Shown here: piece by piece, positions 1 through 11,329 of the stretch | Layout: each line of letters starts with the position of its first letter | How positions within the stretch are numbered: the first letter of the stretch is position 1 | Assembly (NCBI RefSeq): GCF_006345805.1 | Contig: NW_021835411.1 | Location: forward strand, 1-41,846 | Source of the DNA: Octopus sinensis | Taxonomy: Eukaryota | Reading direction: 5' to 3' | DNA: 41,846 nucleotides | Translations under genes and position numbers: made by a program | The notes under the pieces: model-generated | Told to the model about the DNA's origin: nothing | Seen by the model: only the letters and a program-made list of their open reading frames with translations | Database searches by the model: none

Positions 1-22
1 AAAAAAATATATCATGGTGACT

Positions 23-1253
23 TTAACCCTTTTGTTACCATATTTCTTTTTCGATGCTCTGTGTTTCTTTCAATTAATTTTAAATATAACAAAGGATTTA
101 GTAAAATAACTTAGTTATCATTAAGCTAGCGTTAGGAACATAAATTGTGACTAAGGTTTGGTGGAAGATTTTAATCCAGAACTTATGAAAACAAGACATT
201 TGTACTACAGAGCCAGAGGTGGTTTCACTCAGGGTTGGTAACGAAAGGGTTAAAAATATCATGGTGACTTTAACCCTTTTGTTACCATATTCTTTTTCGA
301 TGCTCTGTGTTTCTTTCAATTAATTTTAAATATAACAAAGGATTTAGTAAAATAACTTAGTTATCATTAAGCTAGTGTTAGGAACATAAATTGTGACTAA
401 GGTTTGGTGGAAGATTTTAATTCAGAACTTAAGGAAAACAAGACATTTGTACAACAGAACCAGAGGCGGTTTCAGTTAGGTTTGGTATCAAAAGGGTTAA
501 GAATTGTTTCTCTATTATATATTTTAACCCTTTTGTTACCATATTTCTTTTGAGATTCTCTGTGTTTCTTTCAATTAATTTTAAATATAACAAAGAATTT
601 AATAAAATAACTTAGTTATCATTAAGCTAGTGTTAGGAACATAAATTGTGACTAAGGTTTGGTGGAAGATTTTAATCCAGAACTTATGAAAACAAGACAT
701 TTGTACTACAGAGCCAGAGGTGGTTTCAGCCGGGTTGGTAACGAAAGGGTTAAAAATATCATGGTGACTTTAACCCTTTTGTTACCATATTTCTTTTTCG
801 ATGCTCTGTGTTTCTTTCAATTAATTTTAAATATAACAAAGGATTTAGTAAAATAACTTAGTTATCATTAAGCTAGTGTTAGGAACATAAATTGTGACTA
901 AGGTTTGGTGGAAGATTTTAATTCAGAACTTAAGGAAAACAAGACATTTGTACAACAGAACCAGAGGCGGTTTCAGTTAGGTTTGGTATCAAAAGGGTTA
1001 AGAATTGTTTCTCTATTATATATTTTAACCCTTTTGTTACCATATTTCTTTTGAGATTCTCTGTGTTTCTCTCAATTATGTTAAATATAACAAAGAATTT
1101 AGTAAAATAACTTAGTTATCATTAAGCTGGTGTTAGGAACATAAATTGTGACTAAGGTTTGGTGGAAGATTTTAATTCAGAACTTATGAAAACAAGACAT
1201 TTGTACTAAAGAGCCAGAGGCGGTTTCAACTGGGTTGGTATCAAAAGGGTTAA
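23..1253. mobile_element. Array of five ~231-bp piggyBac-type MITEs
   Basis: Copies at 23-253, 270-500, 524-753, 770-1001 and 1025-1253. Each is bounded by TTAA-CCCTTTTGTTACCA ... TGGTA(A/T)C(G/A)AAAGGG-TTAA inverted termini. Confidence 0.8.
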
Positions 1254-1887
1254 ACTACAATAATTCAGGATAGTTATAACTGCCTCTCCTAAAAGAATAT
1301 CAAAACTTCTGGAATGCACTTCATGTGTAGGACTTGGATGATTACTTCAATCGAAGCTCTCTGTTCCTGTGACCACTTTAGCACTGACGAAATGAATGCT
1401 GAAAATAGATGACCTTGTGATGACCATTATACTTTTGGTCAAATTTCCTGCTTGGCAGCCTGCATGCTGAATCTCCGAGGAAGATAAAGAAAGAAGGCTG
1501 TTCTTTATTCTGTTGATTAATTATGGCATCAATTAATAACGATGATTTTGCATTAGGGAATTCTCCAAATTTATCAGAAATATATGTAAAGCGAACTGGA
1601 GGAAAATGTATATAAATAGCCATTTCCTTTGTGCCTTCTCTATATTCTTTTATGTGTCTCAGTCATTTGACTGTGGCCATGCTGGAGCACTGCCTTTAGT
1701 CGAACAAATTGACCCCCAGGAATTATCCTTCTTCATTTTTTGGTCATTTGTATATATTTAAAAATTGTTGCTTTAAAATCGGAAATAAAATAACATTAAG
1801 GATGATGATGATGATGATTATATACAGTTATTATACATATATATATATACATATATATATATATGTTTATATATGTATGTATATTCT

Positions 1888-2275
1888 CTCTCTTTTCTCT
1901 TTTACTTGTTTCAGTCATTTGACTGCGGCCATGCTGGAGCACCGCCTTTAATCGAGCAACACGACCCCGGGACTTATTCTTTTGTAAGCCCAGTACTTAT
2001 TCTATCGGTCTCTTTTGCCGAACCGCTAAGTGATGGGGACGTAAACACACCAGCATCGGTTGTCATGCAATGCTAGGGGGACAAACACAAACACACACAC
2101 ACATACATATATACGACGGGCTTCTTTCAGTTTCCATCTACCAAATCCACTCACAAGGCATTGGTCGGCCTGAGGCTATAGTAGAAGACACTTGCCCAAG
2201 GTGCCATGCAGTGGGACTGAACCCGGAACCATGTGGTTGGTAAACAAGCTACTTACCACACAGTCACTCCTGCGT
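1888..2275 (-). mobile_element. tRNA-derived SINE, family A (dominant octopus-type SINE)
   Basis: Head GGCGCAGGAGTGGCTGTGTGGT...GGTTCAGTCCC (A/B-box-like), central (TA)/(TG) tract, 3' (GTAAAAGA)n-like tail. Confidence 0.88.
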
Positions 2276-2432
2276 GTATATATTTTTTTCTAACATACGC
2301 ACTCTTACGTATATTAAAACTATGTTAGTGTGTGTATTTTGCTTTTTTTAATTTCTTATATATATTACAACTTACCACGTGGGGATAATCGAATTTCCTC
2401 TTTTCTGTTACTACTATATATATATATATATA

Positions 2433-2840
2433 GGCGTAGGAGTGGCTGTGTGGTAAATAGCTTGCTTACCAACCACATGGTTCCGGGTTCAGTCCCACTG
2501 CGTGGCACCTTGGGCAAGTGTCTTCTACTATAGCCTTGGGCCGACCAAAGCCTTGTGAGTGGATTTGGTAGACGGAAACTGAAAGAAGCCCGTCATATAT
2601 ATGTATATATATATATATATATGAGTGTGTTTATGTGTCTGTGTTTGTCCCCCTAGCATTGCTTAACAACCAATGCTGGTGTGTTTACGTCACCATCACT
2701 TAGCGGTTCGGCAAAAGAGACCAATAGAATAAGTACTAGGCTTACAAAGAATAAGTCCTGGAGTCGATTTGCTCGACTAAAGGCGGTGCTCCAGCATGGC
2801 CACAGTCAAATGACTGAAACAAGTGAAAGAGTGAAAGAGT
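2433..2840 (+). mobile_element. SINE family A, full length
   Basis: Same head, body and tail; head-to-head with the 1888-2275 copy. Confidence 0.88.
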
Positions 2841-2950
2841 ATATATATATATATATATATATTATATTTTGTGAAATTTGATTTAGTATTTCTAAATCGA
2901 ATTTTTCCCTGTAAGTTTGGAATAATATTCCCTCATAATATTATATATAT

Positions 2951-3257
2951 ATCACGTGATCATGTGACCGACCAGACCATCAGATGTTGTTACACATCGC
3001 TGGTCACAATGCGTTTGCATTGTTTTAGCCTTCGAATGACGCCACCTCGCTGGCTAAGCGAGCAGGCCAACAGAAGAAAGAGTGGGAGAAAGTTGCAGCA
3101 AAAGAGTACAGCAGGGATCGCCACCATCCCCTGCCGGAGCCTCGTGGGGCTTTAGGTGTTTTCACTCAATAAACACTCACAACGCCCGGTCTGGGAATCG
3201 AAACTGCGATCCTACAACCGCGAGTTCACTCCCTAACCACTGTTCCATTGCGCCTCC
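2951..3257 (-). mobile_element. tRNA-derived SINE, family C
   Basis: Reverse strand reads GGAGGCGCAATGG..AGTGGTTAGGG...GTTTCGATTCCCAGACC; same head as 5245-5371. Confidence 0.8.
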
Positions 3258-3269
3258 ACACACACACAC

Positions 3270-3318
3270 ACACATGTATATATATATATATTATATATAA
3301 TTATATATATATATATAT

Positions 3319-3353
<35 letters not shown>

Positions 3354-3360
3354 TATATTA

Positions 3361-3395
<35 letters not shown>

Positions 3396-3459
3396 GATAT
3401 ATATATATTATATATTATATAATATTATATATATATATATATAATATATATATATATGT

Positions 3460-3492
<33 letters not shown>

Positions 3493-3511
3493 ATTATATA
3501 TATATATATAG

Positions 3512-3559
<48 letters not shown>

Positions 3560-3650
3560 TAATAATATATATATGTATATATATATATATTATATATATA
3601 TATATTATATATATATAATATAATATATATGTATATATATATATATACAC
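3270..3650. repeat. (TA)n microsatellite
   Basis: Nearly pure degenerate TA tract. Confidence 0.97.
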
Positions 3651-4121
3651 ATACACGCACAATCACACACACTCATATACACACACACCTATATACAGAC
3701 AGACATATATGTATGTGCATTTCTGCATATGTGTGTGTGCAATGACTGCACGTTGCTGTTTACACATGCATGCATCTACATTAAGGAAAACAGAAGAAAA
3801 AAATGTTCATTTAGCACATTCGCAGCTTTTACAGGCTTTGCTGTTGTTGTTGTTGTTGTTGTTTTTGTTGTTGTCGCTGGTATTATTGGTTTTCAATAAC
3901 GCAGCCTTGGCGGATGATAAAGTTGTTTGTTTCCCCCCACCTCCTCTCATGAATCTTTAATACTTGGCAAATATCATATTGAGCTGATCAAAAAGACAAA
4001 TTGGCATGCACACTCACCACACACACACACACACTATATGCACATATATATATGGATATGTATACACACACACATATATATATCTATCTATCAATATATA
4101 TATAAATATATATATATATAT

Positions 4122-4523
4122 ACTCTTTTTACTTGTTTCAGTCATTTGACTGCGGCCATGCTGGAGCACCGCCTTTAGTTGAGCAAATCGACCCCAGGAC
4201 TTATTCTTTGTAAGCTCAGTACTTATTCTATCGGTCTCTTTTGCCGAACCACTAAGTGACAGGGACGTAAACACACCAGCATCAGTTGTCAAGCAATGCT
4301 AGGGGAACAAACACACAAACATATTCACACACACTTATATATATATATACATATATACGACAGGCTTCTTTCAGTTTCCGTCTACCAAATCCACTCACAA
4401 GGCTTTGGTCGGCCCGAGGCTATAGCAGAAGACACTTGCCCAAGATCCCACGCAGTGGGACTGAACCCGGAAGCATGTGGTTGGTTAGCCAGCTATTATT
4501 TACCACACAGCCACTCCTGCGCC
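4122..4523 (-). mobile_element. SINE family A
   Basis: Full head, body and tail; the head abuts a (TA)n tract. Confidence 0.88.
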
Positions 4524-4533
4524 TATATATATA

Positions 4534-4601
<68 letters not shown>

Positions 4602-4640
4602 GTATATGTTATCAAAATAAAACATGATGCAAAGGATTTA

Positions 4641-4727
4641 GCGGTACATATGTTCTGGCTTTTATTAGACGGTTTATACCAATGCATAATTGATGTAATT
4701 TGTGTGTCAATAGCCTTTTTCAGCTGT
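4641..4727 (-). other. Decayed hammerhead-like motif in a Penelope-like remnant
   Basis: CTGAAAA-AGGCT...AGCC-A-GAAC-ATAT-GTA; homologous to the better-preserved 38770-38862 motif. Confidence 0.5.
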
Positions 4728-5198
4728 GTACAATTACTACTCCAAGGACATGTATTACATTATAACATTATAAGTTTTACGTTGGGGATGCAAATCCTCA
4801 TAGTCGCGTACAACAGAGTGAGGCACCAAAACAAAATCGAAGCGTCCATCCCGTTTTTCACTCGATGTAGAATGAGAGACTACTATGTATATGTATATGT
4901 ATATGTGTGTATATATATATATCATCATCATCATCATCATCATTTAACATATATATATATATATATATATGTAGTGAATTGAAGAAATGGAGTTGAACGA
5001 AGATTGAACAGAAATCGTTTTATTTCATTCTACACGTGTTTCGAAAGGCACAATTTACCAAATTCCGATTGAAAAACGGTTGCAACACCATATGGTTGTA
5101 CCTCCAACCGTGCTGTCTTCTGCTGTGATTTTTGCTACCAAGGTATCGGTTAAACTTTTGATTAATCTGCAACAAGATTATTCATCTTTCTATTTCAC

Positions 5199-5238
<40 letters not shown>

Positions 5239-5244
5239 GTGTGT

Positions 5245-5371
5245 GGAGGTGCAATAGCCCAGTGGTTAGGGCAGCGGACTAGCGGTCGTAGGATCGCAGT
5301 TTCGATTCCCAGACCGGGCGTTGTGAGTGTTTATTGAGCGAAAGCACCTAAAGCTCCATGAGGCTCCAGCA
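5245..5371 (+). mobile_element. SINE family C head
   Basis: tRNA-like A/B boxes; matches the 3130-3257 reverse copy. Confidence 0.78.
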
Positions 5372-5464
5372 AAGCATAGACAGATGTGTGTGACTTTATA
5401 TATTGATGTCTGTCGACCTATTTATCCATCTATCTATCTATCAATGAGTTTATCTGTCTATCTA

Positions 5465-5519
<55 letters not shown>

Positions 5520-5615
5520 TCAGTCCGTCCGTCCGTCCGTCCGTCCGTCCATCCGTCCAGCCATCCATCCATCCATCCATCCATCTGTCTGTCTGTCTAT
5601 CCCTCTATCCATCTT

Positions 5616-5653
<38 letters not shown>

Positions 5654-5666
5654 CATCCATCTGTCC

Positions 5667-5724
<58 letters not shown>

Positions 5725-5928
5725 ATGTATCTAAACATATGTGTGTTCTGTGTGTGTGTGTATCCACACACATCATTGATATTGTCGTTAAAACATGTCA
5801 GTAATTGAATTTTATGAACGCGTCATGTGTCGTACGTATGTTCAGTGATCAACGTGTCATGTTTCATATATTCAATGATCAATTCACACCTGCTTTACGT
5901 GTGTGTGTGTGTACATGCGTATCGATAC

Positions 5929-6162
5929 AAGGCGGCGAGCTGGCAGAAACGTTAGCACGCCGGGCGAAATGCGTAGCCGTATTTCGTCTGCCGTTACGTT
6001 CTGAGTTCAAATCCCGCTGAGGTTGACTTTGCCTTTCATCCTTTCGGGGTCGATAATTTAAGTACCAGTTACGCACTGGGGTCGATGTAATCGACTCAAT
6101 CCGTTAGTCTGTCCTTGTTTGTCCCCTCTATGTTTAGCCCCTTGTGGGTAGTAAAGAAACAG
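5929..6162 (+). mobile_element. tRNA-derived SINE, family B
   Basis: AAGGCGGCGAGCTGGCAGAA...GTTCTGAGTTCAAATCCC...GACTTTGCCTTTCATCCTTTCGGGGTCGATAA. The central block resembles conserved metazoan SINE core domains; the exact superfamily was not verified. Confidence 0.82.
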
Positions 6163-6321
6163 ATATATATGTTTATATATATAGGTTATGAGAGATAATG
6201 GTGTCATTGAGACCCAAAGGTGTCAGGTAATGCTGCGTAAGTGCTATAGATAGACCATAGTTAAGTCCCAGGTTCGGTGGTTATGCAAATAAGGGTTCAA
6301 CATTGGTCATATGTCAGCTTG

Positions 6322-6604
6322 TCATCATCATCGTCATCTTCATCGTTTAATGGCCGTCTTCCGTGCTAGCACGGGTTGGACGGTTCGACCGGGGTCTGTG
6401 AAGCCAGGTGGCTGCACCAGACTCCAGTCTGATCTGCCAGTGTTTCTACAGCTGGATGCCCTTCCTAACGCCAACCACTCCGTGAGTATAGTGGGTGCCT
6501 TTTACATGCCACTGGCACAGGTGCCAGGGGAGGCTGGCAGTGGCCATGATCAGTTGGTGCTTTTTTACGTGCCACTGGCACAGAAGCCAGTCAAGGTGGC
6601 ACTG
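6322..6604 (-). mobile_element. (GAT)n-tailed RTE 3' end / RTE-tail SINE
   Basis: GGCGTTAGGAAGGGCATCCAGC...CATGCTAGCA..GGAA..CGG.C.TTAAACGATG(ATG)n on the minus strand. Confidence 0.8.
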
Positions 6605-6669
6605 TATATAAAAAATTTTTCTGTAATGAGGTAAAAAACCAAGGCTGTGTTGATTTTAGAACATTTATA

Positions 6670-6946
6670 GATGACGATGATGATAATTATGATGATAATA
6701 ATGATGATGATGATGATGATGATGATAATTATGACGATGATGATGATGATAATGATGATGATAATTATGATGATGACGGTGATGATGACGACGATGATGA
6801 TGATGACGATGATAATTATGATGATGATGATAATGATGATGATAATTATGATGATGATGATGATGATGATGATAATGATAATGATGATGATGATGATGAT
6901 AATGATGATGATGATGCTTATGATGATGATGATGATGATGATGATG
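6670..6946. repeat. (GAT/GAC/AAT)n trinucleotide microsatellite
   Basis: Ends about 28 nt before the exon A acceptor. Confidence 0.97.
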
Positions 6947-6974
6947 TTAATTTCTATTCTTCTCTCCTTTCCAG

Positions 6975-7169
6975 ATGCGCCGTTGCCTTCCTCCTCTTCC
7001 TCGCCATGGTCGGCATGCCGCTGACCATGTTCGTCATCCCGTCGTGCACCGGTCTACCAGTCTGGTGCTCATTGTCATGTTGATGGGGCTGTGCATGGGG
7101 TGCATCGACTGCATTTCCAACCTTGGGATGATCAACCTCTTCAAAAACAACGTCTCACCTTTTCTTCAG
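6975..7169 (+). CDS. MFSD4: MFSD4-family MFS transporter, internal exon A (with apparent 1-nt frameshift near 7054-7057)
   Basis: Polypyrimidine tract then ccag|A at 6971-6975; donor cag|gtaaac at 7169/7170. The frame from 6976 reads CAVAFLLFLAMVGMPLTMFVIPSCTGL, then the -1 frame reads TSLVLIVMLMGLCMGCIDCISNLGMINLFKNNVSPFLQ. This resembles the MFSD4 motif GLAMGCIDTVAN...FLQ recalled from the family. Confidence 0.88.
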
Positions 7170-7230
7170 GTAAACGGCGTCCTTTGTTCTTTTGATTTTT
7201 CGCTTTTGAAGTTCTTTGGTATTCAATGCA

Positions 7231-7296
<66 letters not shown>

Positions 7297-7359
7297 AAGC
7301 CAATCCATCCATCCATCTATTTGTCTGTTTGTCTGTCTGTCTTGCAAGAATGTCTGTCT

Positions 7360-7631
7360 CTTGGGCAAGTGTCTTCTGCTATAGCCCCGGGCCGACCAAT
7401 GCTTTGTGAGTGGATTTGGTAGACGGAAACTGAAAGAAGCCTGTCGTATATATATATATAGGCGCAGGAGTGGCTGTGGGGTAAGTAGCTTGCTAACCAA
7501 CCACATGGTTCTGGGTTCAGTCCCACTGCGTGGCATCTTGGACAAGTGTCTTCTGCTATAGCCCCGGGCTGACCAATGCCTTGTGAGTGGATTTGGTAGA
7601 CGGAAACTGAAAGAAGCCTGTTGTATATATG

Positions 7632-7662
<31 letters not shown>

Positions 7663-7796
7663 TTGTGTGTCTGTGTTTGTCCCCCCAACATTGCTTGACA
7701 ACCGATGCTAGTGTGTTTACGTCCCCGTCACTTAGCGGTTCGGCAAAAGAGACCAATAGAATAAGTACTAGGCTTACAAAGAATAAGTCCTGGGGT
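7360..7796 (+). mobile_element. SINE family A with duplicated head
   Basis: Partial head 7360-7458, then (TA)n, then a second head at 7460 and the body. Confidence 0.85.
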
Positions 7797-8210
7797 CTGT
7801 TTGTCCGTCTGTCTTGCGAGAATGTCTGTCTGTCTGTTTGTCAGTTTATCTGCGAGAATGTCTGTCTGTGTGTTTGCCTGTTTGTCTGTCTGTCTGTTTG
7901 TCCGTCTGTCTGCGAGAATGTCTGTCTGTGTGTTTGCCTGTTTGTCTGTCTGTCTGTTTGTCCGTCTGTCTGCGAGAATGTCTGTCTGTGTGTTTGCTCT
8001 TTTGTCTGTCTGTCTGTTTGTCAGTCTGTCTGCGAGAATGTCTGTCTCTCTGTCTGTTTGTCAGTCTGTCTGCAAGAATGTCCGTCTGTGTGTTTGCCTT
8101 TTTGTGTGTCTGTCTGTCTGTCTGTCTGTCAGTCTGTCTGTGAGTATGTCTGTCTGTCTGTCTGCCTGTTTCTCTGTTTGTCAGTTTACCAGTCTGTCTG
8201 TCTGTCTCAC
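7797..8210. repeat. (TCTG)-derived microsatellite with 60-bp higher-order unit
   Basis: GAGAATG recurs at about 7817, 7854, 7914, 7974 and 8034. Confidence 0.9.
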
Positions 8211-8853
8211 TCTGGTCTCTTTGCATGTGAATGGGTTCGACATTATGGCAGGTAGGATTCTGTATATGTGCGCTGACACCCCACCTCCACACACATACAA
8301 ATTTTCCCTCCACCTTACCCTCATCTCACCTGCTTCACTTCTTTTTTTGCTTCTCTTTCCTTTTCCCTCATTCACCCAGAACCTCTCTCCCATTTCCTAT
8401 CTCTGTATGAAGTTCACGTTTTTTGTTCCCCATCAGTTGCAGCCAGTCTCTCAAACATAAGGAATAAAAAGAACTCTGCTGTTTCCCTGCCCCACCTCTC
8501 CATGTTGAATGTGTTTGGTATTTTACTGATAAAAAAGTAAGTTTCGAATGTGGTATAGCTGTGAAAACAGTAGAAAAATTAGGTAAATACACTTAGAAGA
8601 TGGAAGAAAGTTGCTTGCAGGCAGTAGGGGACTTGAACCCGTACCCCTCAGATACCAGCTGAGTACTCGACTATTAGGTTGTCTGGAAATTTCTTAGCAT
8701 TTTTTAATATGCAAAAAGGGATGATATACCTGATGAACCATTCTTTTAGAAACTTCCAACTCCTCTGCAAGTTCTCTCGCTGTAATATTTGAATTTCCTT
8801 TGATTTATGCCTTTGTAACATGAGAGATTCCCGCACTGGATGGGTGCTGCTCG

Positions 8854-9868
8854 CATCATCATCATCATCATCATCATCATCGTTTAACGTCCGTTTTCCA
8901 TGCTAGCATGGGTTGGACGGTTCAACAGGGGCCTGGGGAGCGCGAAGGCTGCACCAGGCCAGTCAGATCTGGCAGTGTTTCTACAGCTGGATGCCCTTCC
9001 TAACGCCAACTATTCCGAGAGTGTAGTGGGTGATTTTATGTGCCACCGACACAGGTGCCAGACGAGGCTGGCGAACGGCCACGCTCGGATGGTGTTTTTT
9101 ATGTGCCACCGACACAGGTGCCAGACGAGGCTGGCAGACGGCCACGCTCGGATGGTGTTTTTTATGTGCCACCAACACAGGTGCCAGACGAAGCTGGCAG
9201 ACGACCACGCTCGGATGGTGTTTTTTATGTACCACCGACACAGGTGCCAGACAAGGCTGGCAGACGGCCACGCTCGGATGGTGTTTTTTATGTGCCACCA
9301 ACACAGGTGCCAGACGAGGCTGGCAGACAGCCATGCTCGGATGGTGTTTTTTATGTACCACCGACACAGGTGCCAGACAAGGCTGGCAGACGGCCACGCT
9401 CGGATGGTGTTTTTTATGTGCCACCAACACAGGTGCCAGACGAGGCTGGCAGACAGCCATGCTCGGATGGTGTTTTTTATGTGCCACCGACACAGGTGCC
9501 AGACGAGGCTGGCAGATGGCCACGCTCGGATGGTGCTTTTTATGTGCCACCGACACAGGTGCCAGACGAGGCTGGCAGATGGCCACGCTCGGATGGTGCT
9601 TTTTATGTGCCACCGACACAGGTGCCAGACGAGGCTGGCAGATGGTCACGCTCGGATGGTGCTTTTTATGTGCCACCGACACAGGTGCCAGACGAGGCTG
9701 GCGAACGGCCAGGATCGGATGGTGTTTGTTACGTGCCCACAGCACGGAGGCCAGTCGATGCGGTACTGGCTACGGCCCACGTTCGGATGGTTTTCTTATG
9801 TGCCACCGGCACTGGTACCACAAAGATACAAATTCCATTGATGTTCATCTATTTTTATTTGGTTTGAT
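8854..9868 (-). mobile_element. RTE LINE 3'UTR copy with expanded internal VNTR
   Basis: Colinear with 16070-16566; (CAT)n tail at 8854. Confidence 0.85.
9038..9730. repeat. 63-bp minisatellite, 11 units
   Basis: Unit ATGTGCCACCGACACAGGTGCCAGACGAGGCTGGCAGACGGCCACGCTCGGATGGTGTTTTTT. Confidence 0.97.
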
Positions 9869-10456
9869 CAAATATTAATTGAAGAAAGAGTCAAGATTTT
9901 CTGTCAACTTCAACAGTATAAATATTCATTCTTTGATTCGCAAATATAAATATTTCCTTCCTCTGGGCAACCTAGGAGCTTATCGGCAGTAGTCTAGTGG
10001 AGTGAGTCAATCGTGCCCGCTCAAGCATAGCGGAGATGCGCCACGAGGTGACAGGTCGAGAGAGCTGCTGGAGACATGTCTGCATCGTTCAGCTGCTAGC
10101 ATCCATGAGAAAGATACAAGAGAATTTCGCTGCTGCTAGATTTCTGCGCATGCGCATGAGGGAACTTCCGGCAGGCCTTCCGGAAGATTCCAACCCTGCG
10201 CATGGATGCTGGAGATTTCAAAGATGGCATCACTACACCTTCAAAACATCTTCATCCAATTTTCAAGGTCTTCTACAGCGACTGTCATCTTCCAACCTAA
10301 ACTCTCCAGCTTCGAACAGTTAATTCACTTACAGCTTGATCATCACCATAAACTTCACAAATGTTTTTGCAAATCTTTGCAGCATTTTCTCCTTTTTGAA
10401 AAAAGTAAGGCATTGCAACATGAATATGAGATTTTTGGTTATCCATTTGAAATGCC

Positions 10457-11069
10457 AGGCGCAGGACTGGCTGTGTGGTAAGTAGCTTGCTTACCAACCA
10501 CATGGTTCCGGGTTCAGTCCCACTGCGTGGCATCTTGGGCAACTATCTTCTGCTATAGCCCCGGGCCGACCAATGCCATGTGAGTGGATTTGGTAGACGG
10601 AAACTGAAAGAAGCCTGTCGTATATATGTATATATATATATATAGGCGCAGGAGTGGCTGTGTGGTAAGTAGCTTGCTAACCAACCACATGGTTCCTGGT
10701 TCAGTCCCACTGCGTGGCATCTTGGGCAAGTGTCTTCTGCTATAGCCCCGGGCCGACCAATGCCTTGTGAGTGGATTTGATAGACGGAAACTGAAAGAAG
10801 CCTGTCGTATATACGTATATATATATATATATATATGTATGTTTGTGTGTGTGTTTGTGTGTCTGTGTTTGTCCCCATAGCATTGCTTGACAACCGATGC
10901 TGGTGTGTTTACGTCCCCGTCACTTAATGGTTCAGCAAAAGAGACCGATAGAATAAGTACTGGGCTTACAAAAGAACAAGTCCCGGGGGTCGAGTTGCTC
11001 GACTAAAGGCGGTGCTCCAGCATGGCCGCAGTCAAATGACTGAAACAAGTAAAAGAGTAAAAGAGTAAA
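10457..11069 (+). mobile_element. SINE family A with duplicated head
   Basis: Heads at 10458 and about 10645 separated by (TA)n; GTAAAAGA tail. Confidence 0.88.
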
Positions 11070-11329
11070 GGATAACCGGAATGAAAGACAAGTCTATTTT
11101 TTAGTCAGGAACAAAGAAGAGATGCACTACTTCTTCAAGCATCACCAAAGTTTTACCTGTGTTACGCTTCAGGTGTATTCAATGAAGCATTAAAAGATTT
11201 AGCTTAAAAGCTCTCAGAACTCTCCAGACAACCTAATATTAAGCTAAATGGCTTGCGAACAACAATCACCATCAATTTTAACCCTTTAGCATTCAGATTA
11301 CTCTGTCAAATGCAAAGCCTGTTTAATTA

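Larger units (their letters stand above)
8672..11238 (-). mobile_element. Degenerate mariner element interrupted by nested retroelements
   Basis: Inverted TA-TTAGGTTGTCTGGA termini at 8672 and 11238. Transposase N-terminus MDNQKSHIHVAMPYFFQKGENAAKICKNICEVYGDDQAVSELTVRSW / FEAGEFRLEDDSRCRRP*KLDEDVLK at about 10450-10235, and an HTH piece IKGNSNITARELAEELEVSKRMV at about 8805-8735. Confidence 0.7.

Noticed and set aside
1384-1410. CTGACGA...GAAA as a hammerhead (likewise 8730-8760)
   Set aside because: No pairable stem II or palindromic stem III; the 8730 case is the antisense of mariner coding sequence.
1378-1623. 81-aa minus ORF with a FFIFLGD stretch resembling an APE endonuclease GDFN motif
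   Set aside because: The motif is incomplete and no other LINE features are nearby; also not an MFSD4 upstream exon.
5245-5320. tRNA genes (also 2433, 3257, 29436-29505, 39178)
   Set aside because: A/B boxes are present but there is no convincing cloverleaf, and each continues into a SINE body.
6975-7298. ORF MRRCLPPL... as the true start of the transporter
   Set aside because: The ATG directly follows a splice acceptor. Its first 27 codons are the wrong frame of a TM helix, and the ORF runs through the donor into a microsatellite.
9038-9730. CRISPR-like regular array
   Set aside because: Units are contiguous with no unique spacers, the context is eukaryotic and no cas genes are present.
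8900-9878. Four overlapping 254-313 aa repeat ORFs
   Set aside because: They arise from a 63-bp stop-free minisatellite in an RTE 3'UTR; there is no start context or unique domain.
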